In this document: positions 50,185 to 60,681 of the stretch, in pieces | Position numbering within the stretch: the first letter of the stretch is position 1 | Layout of the letters: the number at the start of each line of letters is the position of its first letter | NCBI GenBank assembly: GCA_026004195.1 | Contig: BPIQ01000004.1 | Span: forward strand, 40,923-104,922 | DNA from: Candidatus Binatia bacterium | GTDB taxonomy: Bacteria; Desulfobacterota; Binatia; HRBIN30; BPIQ01 | Reading direction: 5' to 3' | DNA: 64,000 nucleotides | The notes under the pieces: generated by a model | The model's input: only the letters and a program-made list of their open reading frames with translations | Database searches by the model: none | Told to the model about the DNA's origin: nothing | Position numbers and translations under genes: made by a program

Positions 50185-50961
50185 TCAGCAGACGAAAGGA
50201 ATGCCGAGGGGAGTGAACGTCGGCGTCCGGGTGGGACGCGGCGTGTGCGTCGGAGTGGGACTCGCTTCGGGGGTGAAGCTCGGGGTAGGCGTCGTGGTCG
50301 GCGTCGGCGTAAAAGGTTGGCAACCCTGGCCGGGCACGCAGCCTGCCCCCCGCGCCTCCGTGCACCCTTCCGGACACGACCCGCCGGACGGCTCCGCGCA
50401 GAGATCCTCGAGCCCCGGGCACTCGCAGCAGTCCGGACCGGGCGTGGGCGTCAGGGTCGGCGTCGGCGTGAAGGCTTGGCAACCCTGGCCGGGCACGCAG
50501 CCTGCCCCCCGCGCCTCCGTGCACCCTTCCGGACACGACCCGCCGGACGGATCCGCGCAGAGATCCTCGAGCTCCGGACACTCGCAACAGTCCGGGCCCG
50601 GCGTGGGCGTAGGGGTTTCGGTGGGCACGGGTGTTTCCGTGGGAGTCGGCGTCCCTTCGGCGAGAAGCCGCAAAAGCGCCACGATGTCCGCGGCCGACAC
50701 GAGCCCGTCACCGTTCACGTCCTGGTTGGGACAGGCGGGACAGGGGTCGCAGAAGAGAAGGACGATGAGAAGATCCACGTCGGCCGAATCCACGACACCG
50801 TCGCAATTCACGTCGCCCGGTGTCTCGCAAGACCGAGCCTGGGCACACAGAACCGGCTCGCCCGCAGCTCCTTCCAACGATGTCGCAGGCCGGGGCAGGA
50901 GAACGTAGGAAAGCAGGAGGAAAAACCCCAGGATGACCGAGGCCGCAAAGGATCTTCGCAC
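50185..50961 (-). CDS. Small secreted protein: dockerin-like repeat pair, Thr/Pro linkers and two 8-Cys modules
   Basis: GTG 50961 lies 9 nt after gaggaggga. Signal RRSFAASVILGFFLLLSYVLL. GDVNCDGVVDSADVDLLIVLLF and QDVNGDGLVSAADIVALLRLL at 50662-50814. GPDCCECP.LEDLCA.PSGGSCPEGCTEARGAGCVPGQGCQ occurs twice at 50317-50598. Confidence 0.75.
   Translation of the reverse strand: MRRSFAASVILGFFLLLSYVLLPRPATSLEGAAGEPVLCAQARSCETPGDVNCDGVVDSADVDLLIVLLFCDPCPACPNQDVNGDGLVSAADIVALLRLLAEGTPTPTETPVPTETPTPTPGPDCCECPELEDLCADPSGGSCPEGCTEARGAGCVPGQGCQAFTPTPTLTPTPGPDCCECPGLEDLCAEPSGGSCPEGCTEARGAGCVPGQGCQPFTPTPTTTPTPSFTPEASPTPTHTPRPTRTPTFTPLGIPFVC
50281..50598 (-). repeat. 159-bp coding tandem repeat (two units) encoding the 8-Cys module plus TP linker
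   Basis: caaccctggccgggcacgcagcctgcccc occurs at 50321 and 50480, an offset of 159 bp. Confidence 0.9.
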
Positions 50962-51124
50962 GCTTTTCGTCCCTCCTCTGGCTCTCCTCGGGGCGACCCT
51001 TCGGGCCGACCCGGCCACAAGAGCTAGCGGCGCTTTATACGCCCGAGCGGGGTCAACGTCAAGCAAATATCCGCGTCCGGCCACGCGTTGCGACCTTCCG
51101 GGGGCGCGGCTAACATGCCTTCCC

Positions 51125-51400
51125 GTGCGAATTCCCACGACGGAAATCGACCGGTTGGCCGAGCGGATCGTCGACGCTCTCCTGCGTCAGGGCTACGTCC
51201 GGCCCAGGGTGGAGAAGTCGATCCTGGTCGAAAAAGTGGCCGAGCGGATCCGAAAAACGTTCGAAGAGGAAGCGGCCCTCGAAGAGGAAGCCGAGCGCAT
51301 CGTCGCCGCCACGGCCCGCAACGCTCCCGGAATCGACCAGAACCGCATGATCCAGCTCGTCAAAAAGAAGCTCGCCGAGGAACGGGGCTTTCCCCTCTGA
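51125..51400 (+). CDS. DUF507-family protein
   Basis: GTG 51125: VRIPTTEIDRLAERIVDALLRQGYV...MIQLVKKKLAEERGFPL, about 91 aa. Confidence 0.6.
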   Translation: MRIPTTEIDRLAERIVDALLRQGYVRPRVEKSILVEKVAERIRKTFEEEAALEEEAERIVAATARNAPGIDQNRMIQLVKKKLAEERGFPL

Positions 51401-51415
51401 AGGGCCGAGAGCTGT

Positions 51416-51691
51416 ATGAAGTTCAGCGAAGCGCGCCAGTCCTATCTCGCTCACGCCATCGTCGAGATGCTCCGCAAGGAAAACCTGGCGGAGGTGACGA
51501 GAGAGCGTTACGTGCTGATGGAAATCAAACGGGTGCTCGAAGCCTCGGACACCCTTCACCAGACCATCGACGCGGCGGTCCGGAAAAAAATCGAATCGCT
51601 TTCGCGCCGTGTCCCGCCGGGGTCGCGGGAATGGGAAATTCTCTACCGGAAGTACTACGCCGAGGAAGAACGCAAGCACCGTAAGTCCTGA
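51416..51691 (+). CDS. DUF507-family protein
   Basis: MKFSEARQSYLAHAIVEMLRKENL...KIESLSRRVPPGSREWEILYRKYYAEEERK, 91 aa. Confidence 0.7.
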   Translation: MKFSEARQSYLAHAIVEMLRKENLAEVTRERYVLMEIKRVLEASDTLHQTIDAAVRKKIESLSRRVPPGSREWEILYRKYYAEEERKHRKS

Positions 51692-51793
51692 CGGCCCCGC
51701 GTCCAGGAGGAAAAAGCCCAGCTTGACACGAAGGGGGAACCCGGGCAGCGTCGGCCCGGTCCCGACGCTCGACGGGTTCCGCTCGATTCCACG

Positions 51794-51818
51794 CCCGAAC
51801 GCTCCGCGCGCGTTCGGG
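51794..51818 (+). promoter_or_regulatory. Inverted repeat in the groES leader (cccgaacgc-N7-gcgttcggg)
   Basis: 9-bp perfect arms at 51794-51802 and 51810-51818, ending 8 nt before the groES Shine-Dalgarno (aaggagg). I did not see a CIRCE consensus here. Confidence 0.35.
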
Positions 51819-51838
51819 AACAAGAAGGAGGACCGCAA

Positions 51839-52126
51839 ATGAAGATCCGCCCGCTCCACGACCGGGTGCTCGTGCGCCGCGTCGACGAAGAGGAAAAAAC
51901 CAAAGGGGGTATCATCATCCCCGACACCGCGAAGGAAAAACCGCAGGAAGGGCGGGTGGTGGCCGTGGGGAAGGGCCGGATCACCGACAAGGGAGAGCTC
52001 GTGCCGCTCGAGGTGAAACCGGGGGACAGGGTCCTTTTCGGGAAATACGCGGGCAGCGAGGTCGAGATCGACGGAGAAGATCTCCTGATCCTTCGCGAAG
52101 AGGACATCCTCGGAGTCGTGGAATAA
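51839..52126 (+). CDS. groES: Co-chaperonin GroES
   Basis: [44 protein letters not shown]..., canonical. Confidence 0.97.
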   Translation: MKIRPLHDRVLVRRVDEEEKTKGGIIIPDTAKEKPQEGRVVAVGKGRITDKGELVPLEVKPGDRVLFGKYAGSEVEIDGEDLLILREEDILGVVE

Positions 52127-53842
<1,716 letters not shown>

Positions 53843-53891
53843 AGGGCCGCCTCTCGACAGCGCGGGCCGGCGGTGCAAGGATGGGCCGTCG

Positions 53892-54293
53892 ATGTTTCGA
53901 GTCGCAGCCCTCGACCATTTCGTCCTCCGGGTGCGCGACCTCGAACGCTCGCTCGCCTTCTACCGTGACCTCCTGGGCCTCGAGGTTCTTTTCCTCGACG
54001 AGTTTCGAGCGGGCAAGCGTCCTTTCGTTTCCGTGAGAATCGGGGAGCAGCTTCTCGACCTGGTCCCGGACCCGACCTACGACCCGGCGGAGGCGAGCCG
54101 CACCGGGGGGTTCCTCCACTTCTGCGTCCGGCTCGAACCCTGCGACTTCGAGAAGCTCGTCCCCTGGCTCGCTTCCCGAGGCGTGAGGGTGCTCGAAGAG
54201 AAGCCCGTGCCCCGTGTGGGCGCGAGCGGGACGGGGCTCTCGATCTACGTGACCGACCCCGACGGCTACGTGGTCGAGCTCAAAAGCCAATGA
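53892..54293 (+). CDS. VOC/glyoxalase family protein
   Basis: LDHFVLRVRDLERSLAFYRDLLGLEV ... HFCVRL ... LSIYVTDPDGYVVEL. Confidence 0.8.
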   Translation: MFRVAALDHFVLRVRDLERSLAFYRDLLGLEVLFLDEFRAGKRPFVSVRIGEQLLDLVPDPTYDPAEASRTGGFLHFCVRLEPCDFEKLVPWLASRGVRVLEEKPVPRVGASGTGLSIYVTDPDGYVVELKSQ

Positions 54294-55708
54294 GCTTCGT
54301 CGGTCGCTCCCGAGGCGGCCCGATCCTGGTCGTCCTCGCTTCCCTTCTCCTCCCGACGCCGAGTCGGGCCGACGACGACTGGGCACTTCTCGCCCGCGAG
54401 GGCGTCGAGCTCCTGCGAGCGTCGTTGCGCATCGACACGACGAATCCTCCCGGCAACGAAACACCGCTCGCCAACTTTCTGGCTTCCTGGTTCCGCCAAA
54501 GGGGCGTCGAGGCGGAAGTGTTCGAATCCGAGCCCGGACGGGGTTCGGTCCTCGCCCGCCTGCCGGGCCGAAACCGGGGGCGTGCGGTCGTTCTCCTCAA
54601 CCACCTCGACGTGGTCCCGGCCGAAGCCGACCAGTGGTCCCGACCTCCTTTCGGCGGCTCCGAAGATCAGGGCTACCTCTACGGTAGGGGAGCCATCGAC
54701 TGCAAGGGAATGGGCGCCGTGCAGGCCATGGCGCTCGTGGCGCTGGCGCGTTCGGAGGAACGCCCGGGACGCGACGTCGTGTTCCTGGGCACGGCGGACG
54801 AAGAGACCGGAGGAGCGAAAGGGGCCGGCTGGTTCGTGCGGGAGCACGCAGCCGAACTCGGCTCCCCCGAATTCGTCCTGAACGAAGGCGGTGCCATCCG
54901 GGACTTCGGCAGAAAACGCGTCTACGAGGTGGCGGTGGCGGAAAAGGCTCCGCTCTGGATCCGGCTCGTGGCCCGGGGCGAGGGGGGACACGGGTCCACG
55001 CCCCGGAACGGCTCGGCCGTCACGCGACTGGTTCGCGCACTCGAGCGGATTCGCAGGTACCGGCCCGACGTTCGCCTGACGCCGGAGGTCCGACGCTACT
55101 ACCGAGCGCTGGCCGCGTTCGTGGACGAGCAACGAGCGAGCCTCTACCGCGACCTGGAGAAGACCCTGTCCGACGAGCGACTGCGAAACGCTTTTCTCGC
55201 CGAACCCCGCGACGCCGCGCTCGTCCGGAACACCCTCGCGCCGACGGTTCTCCGGGCGGGACAGAAGACCAACGTCATCCCGACCGAGGCGCGGGCGGAA
55301 ATCGACTGCCGCCTTCTGCCCGGAGAAGACCCCGAGGCGTTTCTCCGGACCCTTCGGTCCGTGGTCGACGACGAGAGCGTCGAGTTCGAGATCCTCCTCC
55401 ACTTCCCACCTTCGTCCTCGCCGACCGAAACGAGCCTCTACCGAGCCATCGAGCGCGTCGCGGGCGAAGAGGGAGCCGGCGTCGTCCCTGCCGTCCTGCG
55501 CGGCTTCACGGACAGCCATTACTTTCGCGAGATCGGAGCCGTAGCCTACGGCTTCGTCCCCGTGACGCTCGACGAGGAGGAATCCCGTCGCGTCCACGGC
55601 GTCGACGAACGGCTGTCGAGAGAAAACCTCGTCTCGGGCGCCAAAAAGCTGGTCCGGATCCTCCGCGAGCTGGACCGTCTCGAAAGATCGGAAAAGGAGG
55701 CACGATGA
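54290..55708 (+). CDS. M20/M25/M40-family metallopeptidase (secreted)
   Basis: Signal peptide. LLNHLDVVPA ... GRGAIDCKG ... FLGTADEETGG ... NEGG. The ATG overlaps the VOC stop (atga). Confidence 0.85.
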   Translation: MSFVGRSRGGPILVVLASLLLPTPSRADDDWALLAREGVELLRASLRIDTTNPPGNETPLANFLASWFRQRGVEAEVFESEPGRGSVLARLPGRNRGRAVVLLNHLDVVPAEADQWSRPPFGGSEDQGYLYGRGAIDCKGMGAVQAMALVALARSEERPGRDVVFLGTADEETGGAKGAGWFVREHAAELGSPEFVLNEGGAIRDFGRKRVYEVAVAEKAPLWIRLVARGEGGHGSTPRNGSAVTRLVRALERIRRYRPDVRLTPEVRRYYRALAAFVDEQRASLYRDLEKTLSDERLRNAFLAEPRDAALVRNTLAPTVLRAGQKTNVIPTEARAEIDCRLLPGEDPEAFLRTLRSVVDDESVEFEILLHFPPSSSPTETSLYRAIERVAGEEGAGVVPAVLRGFTDSHYFREIGAVAYGFVPVTLDEEESRRVHGVDERLSRENLVSGAKKLVRILRELDRLERSEKEAR

Positions 55709-56646
55709 ACATCGAACCGCGCGACGAGTACATGCACGAGAACACGGGCGAGGAGAACTTCAACGAGAGCATGTATTTCAACTTCTACGACCGGGACCAC
55801 CGGCTCGGTGGCTTCGTCCGGATCGGGAACCGACCCAACGAGGGCTACGCCGAGGTGACGCTCGCGCTCTACCGGGCGGACGGCTCGGCGGTTTTCGACT
55901 ACCGGAGGCCCGAAATCCCCGACAACCGCGCCTTCGACGCGGGCGGGATGCGTTTCGAAGTCGTCGAGCCGTTCCGGCGGCTTCGTGTCCGATACCGCGG
56001 CGAGGCGCTCGACCTCGCCGATCCCCTTCTGCTCGAAGACCCGAAGCGCGCTTTCGTGGAAAGCCCGCGCACGTGGGTCTCGCTGGAGCTCGACGTCGAA
56101 GGCTTGAGCCCGATCTACGGGGGGCAGGCGGAAGGCGACGCCCCGGACATGGTCTTCGCCCGAGGGCACTACGAGCAGCACGTTCGAGCCACGGGAACGC
56201 TCGGTGTCGGGCGGAGCACACTGCCCTTCCGCGGACTCGGGCTTCGCGACCATTCGTGGGGCCCCCGGTCCTGGCAATCGCCCAGGTTCTACCGCTGGCT
56301 CACCTGCCAGTTCGACGAAGGTTTCGGCTTCATGGGCTCGCAGATCGTGACCGAGGCGGGCCGGGAGATCCTCTCCGGATTCGTCTTTCGGGACGGAAAG
56401 AACACGCTCGTCGAGCGGTGCGAAATCGAGACGCGATGGAGGGAGCCCGGACCCTACCACGAAGAGGTGCGGGCCCTGCTGCACACGGGCGAGGGCACGC
56501 TCGAGGTCGAGGGCAGGGTCCTCTCCCTCCTCCCGCTCCGGAACCGGCGGCACGGCCGCACGACCCGGATCGGGGAAGGTCTCACGGAGTGGCGCCACGG
56601 GAAGCACGTGGGCTACGGGCTTTCGGAGTATCTCGACCAGACGTGA
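55705..56646 (+). CDS. Conserved hypothetical protein
   Basis: ATG after aaggagg, overlapping the M20 stop. MNIEPRDEYMHENTGEENFNESMYFNFYDRDHRLGGFVRIGNRPNEGYAEV... No confident family assignment. Confidence 0.7.
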   Translation: MNIEPRDEYMHENTGEENFNESMYFNFYDRDHRLGGFVRIGNRPNEGYAEVTLALYRADGSAVFDYRRPEIPDNRAFDAGGMRFEVVEPFRRLRVRYRGEALDLADPLLLEDPKRAFVESPRTWVSLELDVEGLSPIYGGQAEGDAPDMVFARGHYEQHVRATGTLGVGRSTLPFRGLGLRDHSWGPRSWQSPRFYRWLTCQFDEGFGFMGSQIVTEAGREILSGFVFRDGKNTLVERCEIETRWREPGPYHEEVRALLHTGEGTLEVEGRVLSLLPLRNRRHGRTTRIGEGLTEWRHGKHVGYGLSEYLDQT

Positions 56647-59123
56647 AGAGCGGCCCGCAACCGGCGACGCAGAGGCTCGGGGAAGGTGCACGGACCGCGC
56701 TGCTCGAAGCCCTCGCGGAGGCCGGCCGCAAAGGCATCCTGGCCCTGGGGATCCCGGACCGCCGGGGCAGAGTCGAGGAACTCCGCTTTCTCGCGGCGGG
56801 CACGGTTCCCCCGGAACGCTTTTTCCGCTGGGTCCGGAGCGGAGAAGTGTTCCTGCGAGTCCGGCCCGGCAGCGACCTCCGTCCCGAGCCGGCCGAGGAG
56901 GACGTCGCCCGGCGCCTTTCGGAGGTCGGCTCGGGCTTCTGGCTGCTCGACGAGGCCGTTTCCCGGCTCCTCGTCCTCGCCGAAGCGCGGCTCCCCGCCG
57001 CCGCGACCCTCCCGGCGGAGGAAATTCTCGCGACGCTCGACCGGCTCCGCTCGGTTCTTCCCTCCTACGAGGAGCGACCCGAGCAAAGCCGGATGGCGGA
57101 AGCCGTGGCGCGTGCCCTCTCCGACGAGGAAGTGCTCGTGGTCGAAGCCGGGACGGGAACGGGCAAGTCCCTCGCGTACCTCGTTCCGCTTCTGCTGTGG
57201 AGTCGGAAGACCGGCGAGCGGGTCGCCGTGGCCACGAGGACGATCCCCCTGCAGGAGCAACTGGAAAAAAGGGAACTTCCGCTCCTCGTCCGCGGCGCAG
57301 CTCTCGACCTCCGCACGGCTCTGGTCAAGGGACGCAATCATTACGTCTGCCGACGCAAGGTCGCCGAGCTCGAGGCCGAGCCCGGGCTTTTTCCCGGCGA
57401 GGACGAAGCCGAGCTCCACGTCGTCCTCGACTGGGCACGGTCCACGAGCGACGGTAGCCTCTCCGACCTGGGATTCGTGCCGTCGCCGGACGTCTGGCAA
57501 CAGGTGGTGTCCGAGAACGACAACTGTCTCCGGACCCGCTGCCCGTTCTACTCGAACTGTTTTTTCTACGAGGCGCGCCGGGCGGCTCTCGGGGCGGACC
57601 TCCTCGTGACCAACCAGCACCTCCTCCTCGCCGATGCCGTGCTGCGGGAGCAACTCGGCCCGGGTGCGCAGAACGCCGTGCTGCCCCCCTTCCGCCGCCT
57701 GGTCGTCGACGAGGCTCACCGCCTCGAGGAAGTCGCGACGTCGCTCTTCGGAGGCTCGGCCGGCCTCTCGTCCGTGGAACGCCTCCTCGCGAGACTCCGC
57801 TCGCCGAAAAAGACCGACAGGGGTTTTCTTCCGGCACTCTCGCGGGCCTTGCGATCGGCCGGAGAGAGCGGTCGTGCGGAGAGAATCGTAGGCGAACTCT
57901 CCGTTCGACAGACGGAGCTTCTCGACGAAGCTCGGGCTTTTTTCCGGCACCTCGCCGCGCTCCTTCCTCCCGCCGGCGACGGCGAGGAAACCGTGACGGC
58001 GCGCCCCGAACGTCTCGGGAGCGGCCAGGAGCTCGAGGAGCTGGCCTCGCGCGCGCGGGAGCTCGCCACGGGCCTTCTCGGGCTCGGGCAGAGGCTCGAA
58101 GCCGTGGCACGCCGACTTGCCGAGCCCGAGTACGAGCGGCACCGGACGCTCCTCTTCCTCCGTCCCGAAGCGTCTTCGCTCTCGAGCCGCTTCGTTGCCC
58201 TCGCGGACTTTCTCGGCGCGTTTTTCGAGCCCTCGCCGGAGAAGTGTCGCTGGGTCGAGCGAAGGCAGGCGAGCGGAGCCGTGACGCTTCAGGAAGCGCC
58301 GGTCCGCGTGGCACCCCTGCTGCGCCGCCTTCTTTTCGAGCGCTACCCGACCGTCGTTCTCGCTTCGGCGACACTCGCCACCGCGGGGGATTTCTCGCCC
58401 TACTTCCGCGAGATCGGCCTCGACGGGCTCTCGGTGCCCGAGCGGGTCGTTTCCCTCCTTCTTCCCTCTCCTTTCGATTACGCCTCGCAGTCCCTCCTCG
58501 CCGTGCCCGCCGACATGCCGGAACCCACGGACCCCGATTTCCCGACGCAGCTCCACGAGGCGATCTTCGAGATCGCCCTTCTTGCGGGTGGCGGGGTCCT
58601 GCTTCTCTTCACCTCCCACGCCTCGCTCGAAGCCGCCTGGCAAGCCCTCGACGAGAGACTTCGAAGCTCGGGCCTCGAGCCCCTGCGGCAAGGCACCGCC
58701 ACCAGAACGCGCCTTCTCGAGCGGTTTCGCCGGGGAGGGAGCTGCGTGCTCTTCGGGACCGACACGTTCTGGGAAGGGGTGGACGTTCCGGGCGACGCCC
58801 TGCGTTGCGTCGTCCTCTCTCGACTCCCTTTTCCGGTGCCGACCGAGCCCGTTCTCGAAGCCAGGTCCGAAGCTCTCCGAGCCGAGGGGCGCGACCCGTT
58901 CTCCGAGCTCGCCCTTCCCCTGGCCGTGCGCAAGCTCAAGCAGGGATTCGGGCGGCTCGTACGTACCCGAACGGACCGTGGAGCGGTCGTGGTGCTCGAC
59001 AGTCGGCTCGCCCGGCGGCGCTACGGGGAAGTGTTCCTCGCCTCGCTTCCCCCTGCCCGGAAGGTCGTCGGTTCGCGGAACGAGGTCTTCCTCGCGCTCT
59101 CCGAGTTCTTTTCCCGACCTTGA
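56643..59123 (+). CDS. dinG: DinG/XPD-like ATP-dependent DNA helicase with an unassigned N-terminal extension of about 165 aa
   Basis: VVEAGTGTGKSLAYLVP (Walker A), VVDEAHRLEEV (DEAH), four-Cys region YVCRRK...CLRTRCPFYSNC, C-terminal helicase motifs. GTG 56643 overlaps the upstream stop (gtga); start uncertain. Confidence 0.8.
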   Translation: MKSGPQPATQRLGEGARTALLEALAEAGRKGILALGIPDRRGRVEELRFLAAGTVPPERFFRWVRSGEVFLRVRPGSDLRPEPAEEDVARRLSEVGSGFWLLDEAVSRLLVLAEARLPAAATLPAEEILATLDRLRSVLPSYEERPEQSRMAEAVARALSDEEVLVVEAGTGTGKSLAYLVPLLLWSRKTGERVAVATRTIPLQEQLEKRELPLLVRGAALDLRTALVKGRNHYVCRRKVAELEAEPGLFPGEDEAELHVVLDWARSTSDGSLSDLGFVPSPDVWQQVVSENDNCLRTRCPFYSNCFFYEARRAALGADLLVTNQHLLLADAVLREQLGPGAQNAVLPPFRRLVVDEAHRLEEVATSLFGGSAGLSSVERLLARLRSPKKTDRGFLPALSRALRSAGESGRAERIVGELSVRQTELLDEARAFFRHLAALLPPAGDGEETVTARPERLGSGQELEELASRARELATGLLGLGQRLEAVARRLAEPEYERHRTLLFLRPEASSLSSRFVALADFLGAFFEPSPEKCRWVERRQASGAVTLQEAPVRVAPLLRRLLFERYPTVVLASATLATAGDFSPYFREIGLDGLSVPERVVSLLLPSPFDYASQSLLAVPADMPEPTDPDFPTQLHEAIFEIALLAGGGVLLLFTSHASLEAAWQALDERLRSSGLEPLRQGTATRTRLLERFRRGGSCVLFGTDTFWEGVDVPGDALRCVVLSRLPFPVPTEPVLEARSEALRAEGRDPFSELALPLAVRKLKQGFGRLVRTRTDRGAVVVLDSRLARRRYGEVFLASLPPARKVVGSRNEVFLALSEFFSRP

Positions 59124-59233
59124 CTTGACTCCGCCTTTCCGCGAAGAAACCTGCTCGGCCCTCTTTCCCCGAGGCGTCTCGTGCGGCTCGGGCCCGGTGA
59201 AGGGCCAATCCCCGACGGAGGAAGGCGAAGCCA

Positions 59234-60181
59234 ATGGCACGACTGCTCGAGGACAAGGTAGCGATCGTCACGGGAGCGGGTCGAGGCATCGGGCGGGAAG
59301 AAGCCCTGCTGATGGCACGGCTCGGGGCCAAGGTCGTCGTGAACGACCTCGGCGCACATTTCGACGGCTCCGGCAATCCGAATCCCACACCGGCCCAGGA
59401 GGTCGTGAGCGAGATCAAGAAGATGGGCGGCGAGGCCGTCGCCAACGGGGAAAGCGTGGCGGATTTCCAGGGTGCCAAGCGCATCGTCGAGTGCGCCCTC
59501 GATCACTTCGGCAAGCTCAACATCGTCGTCAACAACGCGGGGATCCTCCGCGACCGGATGATTTTCAACATGAGCGAAGAAGATTTCGACGCGGTGATCG
59601 CCGTGCACCTGAAGGGGACCTTCAACATGTGCCGCCACGCCTGCGAGTACTGGCGCAACGAACACAAGAAAGGAAACGTCCTGAACGGCCGGATCATCAA
59701 CACCACGTCGGACGCGGGGCTTCTCGGCAACGTCGGGCAGTCGAACTACGGCGCGGCGAAGGCCGCGGTGGCTCTCATGGCCATCGTCGTGGACCGCGAA
59801 ATGCAGAAGTACGGGGTGACCGCCAACGCGATCGCCCCCCTTGCCCGCACGCGCCTCACGGTCGATGCGACTCCGTCGACGGCCCCCATCATGGGCAAGC
59901 AGCCCAAGGAAGGGGAATTCGACTTTTTCGACCCCGCCAACGTGGCACCGCTCGTCGCCTGGCTCGCCAGCGACGACGCCAAGGACGTCCACGGCGAGGT
60001 CTTCCGCGTGGGGGGCGGAACGGTCTGGCTCCTGCAAGGATGGCACACGGTCGGTAAGGTGCAGCAGAAGGGCAGGTGGGATCCCGAAAAACTCGGAGCG
60101 GCGCTCAAAGCCGAGCTGGCCAAGGGAATCACGGCCAAAGAAGACATGGGCAAGATCCTGGCCGAGAGCGGGGCATTCTAG
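59234..60181 (+). CDS. SDR-family oxidoreductase
   Basis: KVAIVTGAGRGIGREEAL ... NNAG ... YGAAK catalytic motif. 315 aa with a C-terminal extension. Confidence 0.88.
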   Translation: MARLLEDKVAIVTGAGRGIGREEALLMARLGAKVVVNDLGAHFDGSGNPNPTPAQEVVSEIKKMGGEAVANGESVADFQGAKRIVECALDHFGKLNIVVNNAGILRDRMIFNMSEEDFDAVIAVHLKGTFNMCRHACEYWRNEHKKGNVLNGRIINTTSDAGLLGNVGQSNYGAAKAAVALMAIVVDREMQKYGVTANAIAPLARTRLTVDATPSTAPIMGKQPKEGEFDFFDPANVAPLVAWLASDDAKDVHGEVFRVGGGTVWLLQGWHTVGKVQQKGRWDPEKLGAALKAELAKGITAKEDMGKILAESGAF

Positions 60182-60192
60182 GCCGGCAGCCG

Positions 60193-60675
60193 GTGCGCCC
60201 GAAGAAGCTCCTCCTCGTCTGCCACGCGAACACCTCGCGTAGCGTGATGGCGGAGTTTCTCCTCCGCGAGCTGCTCGCCGAAAGGGGGCTCGCGGGGGCG
60301 CTGAGCATCCGCTCGGCCGGCATCGCTCCCTACGCGCGCGACGGCGCCCTGGTTTCCCTCGACGCGCGACTCGCTCTGCGGGAAATCGGGATCGAGGTGC
60401 CCGAAGAGACCGTCGCCACCGACCTCAAACGGAACCGGCACCTCTACGAAGAGGCGGATTTCGTCGTCACCATGACGGAGGAACAGCTGGCCATGCTCCG
60501 GGAAGCCTTCCCCGGACCTCCGGAAAAGGCCGCACACACCCTCAAGGAGTGGGCCGGAGAATCGGGAGACATCGAAGATCCGGCCGGACAGGACGAGGAC
60601 GTCTTTCGTGCCTGCAGGGACGAAATTCGCCGTTGCCTCCTCCGAGCTCTTCCCCGGTGGCTCGACGGCGCCTGA
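60193..60675 (+). CDS. Low-molecular-weight phosphotyrosine phosphatase family protein
   Basis: LLLVCHANTSRSVMAE (C-X5-R-S P-loop) and a downstream DP motif (IEDPAG). GTG 60193. Confidence 0.8.
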   Translation: MRPKKLLLVCHANTSRSVMAEFLLRELLAERGLAGALSIRSAGIAPYARDGALVSLDARLALREIGIEVPEETVATDLKRNRHLYEEADFVVTMTEEQLAMLREAFPGPPEKAAHTLKEWAGESGDIEDPAGQDEDVFRACRDEIRRCLLRALPRWLDGA

Positions 60676-60681
60676 GCCGTT

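Noticed and set aside
51700-51838. Search for a CIRCE/HrcA operator or a sigma32 promoter upstream of groES
   Set aside because: No match to TTAGCACTC-N9-GAGTGCTAA. cttgaca is present but no convincing CCCCAT-type -10 follows. Only the unrelated inverted repeat is reported.
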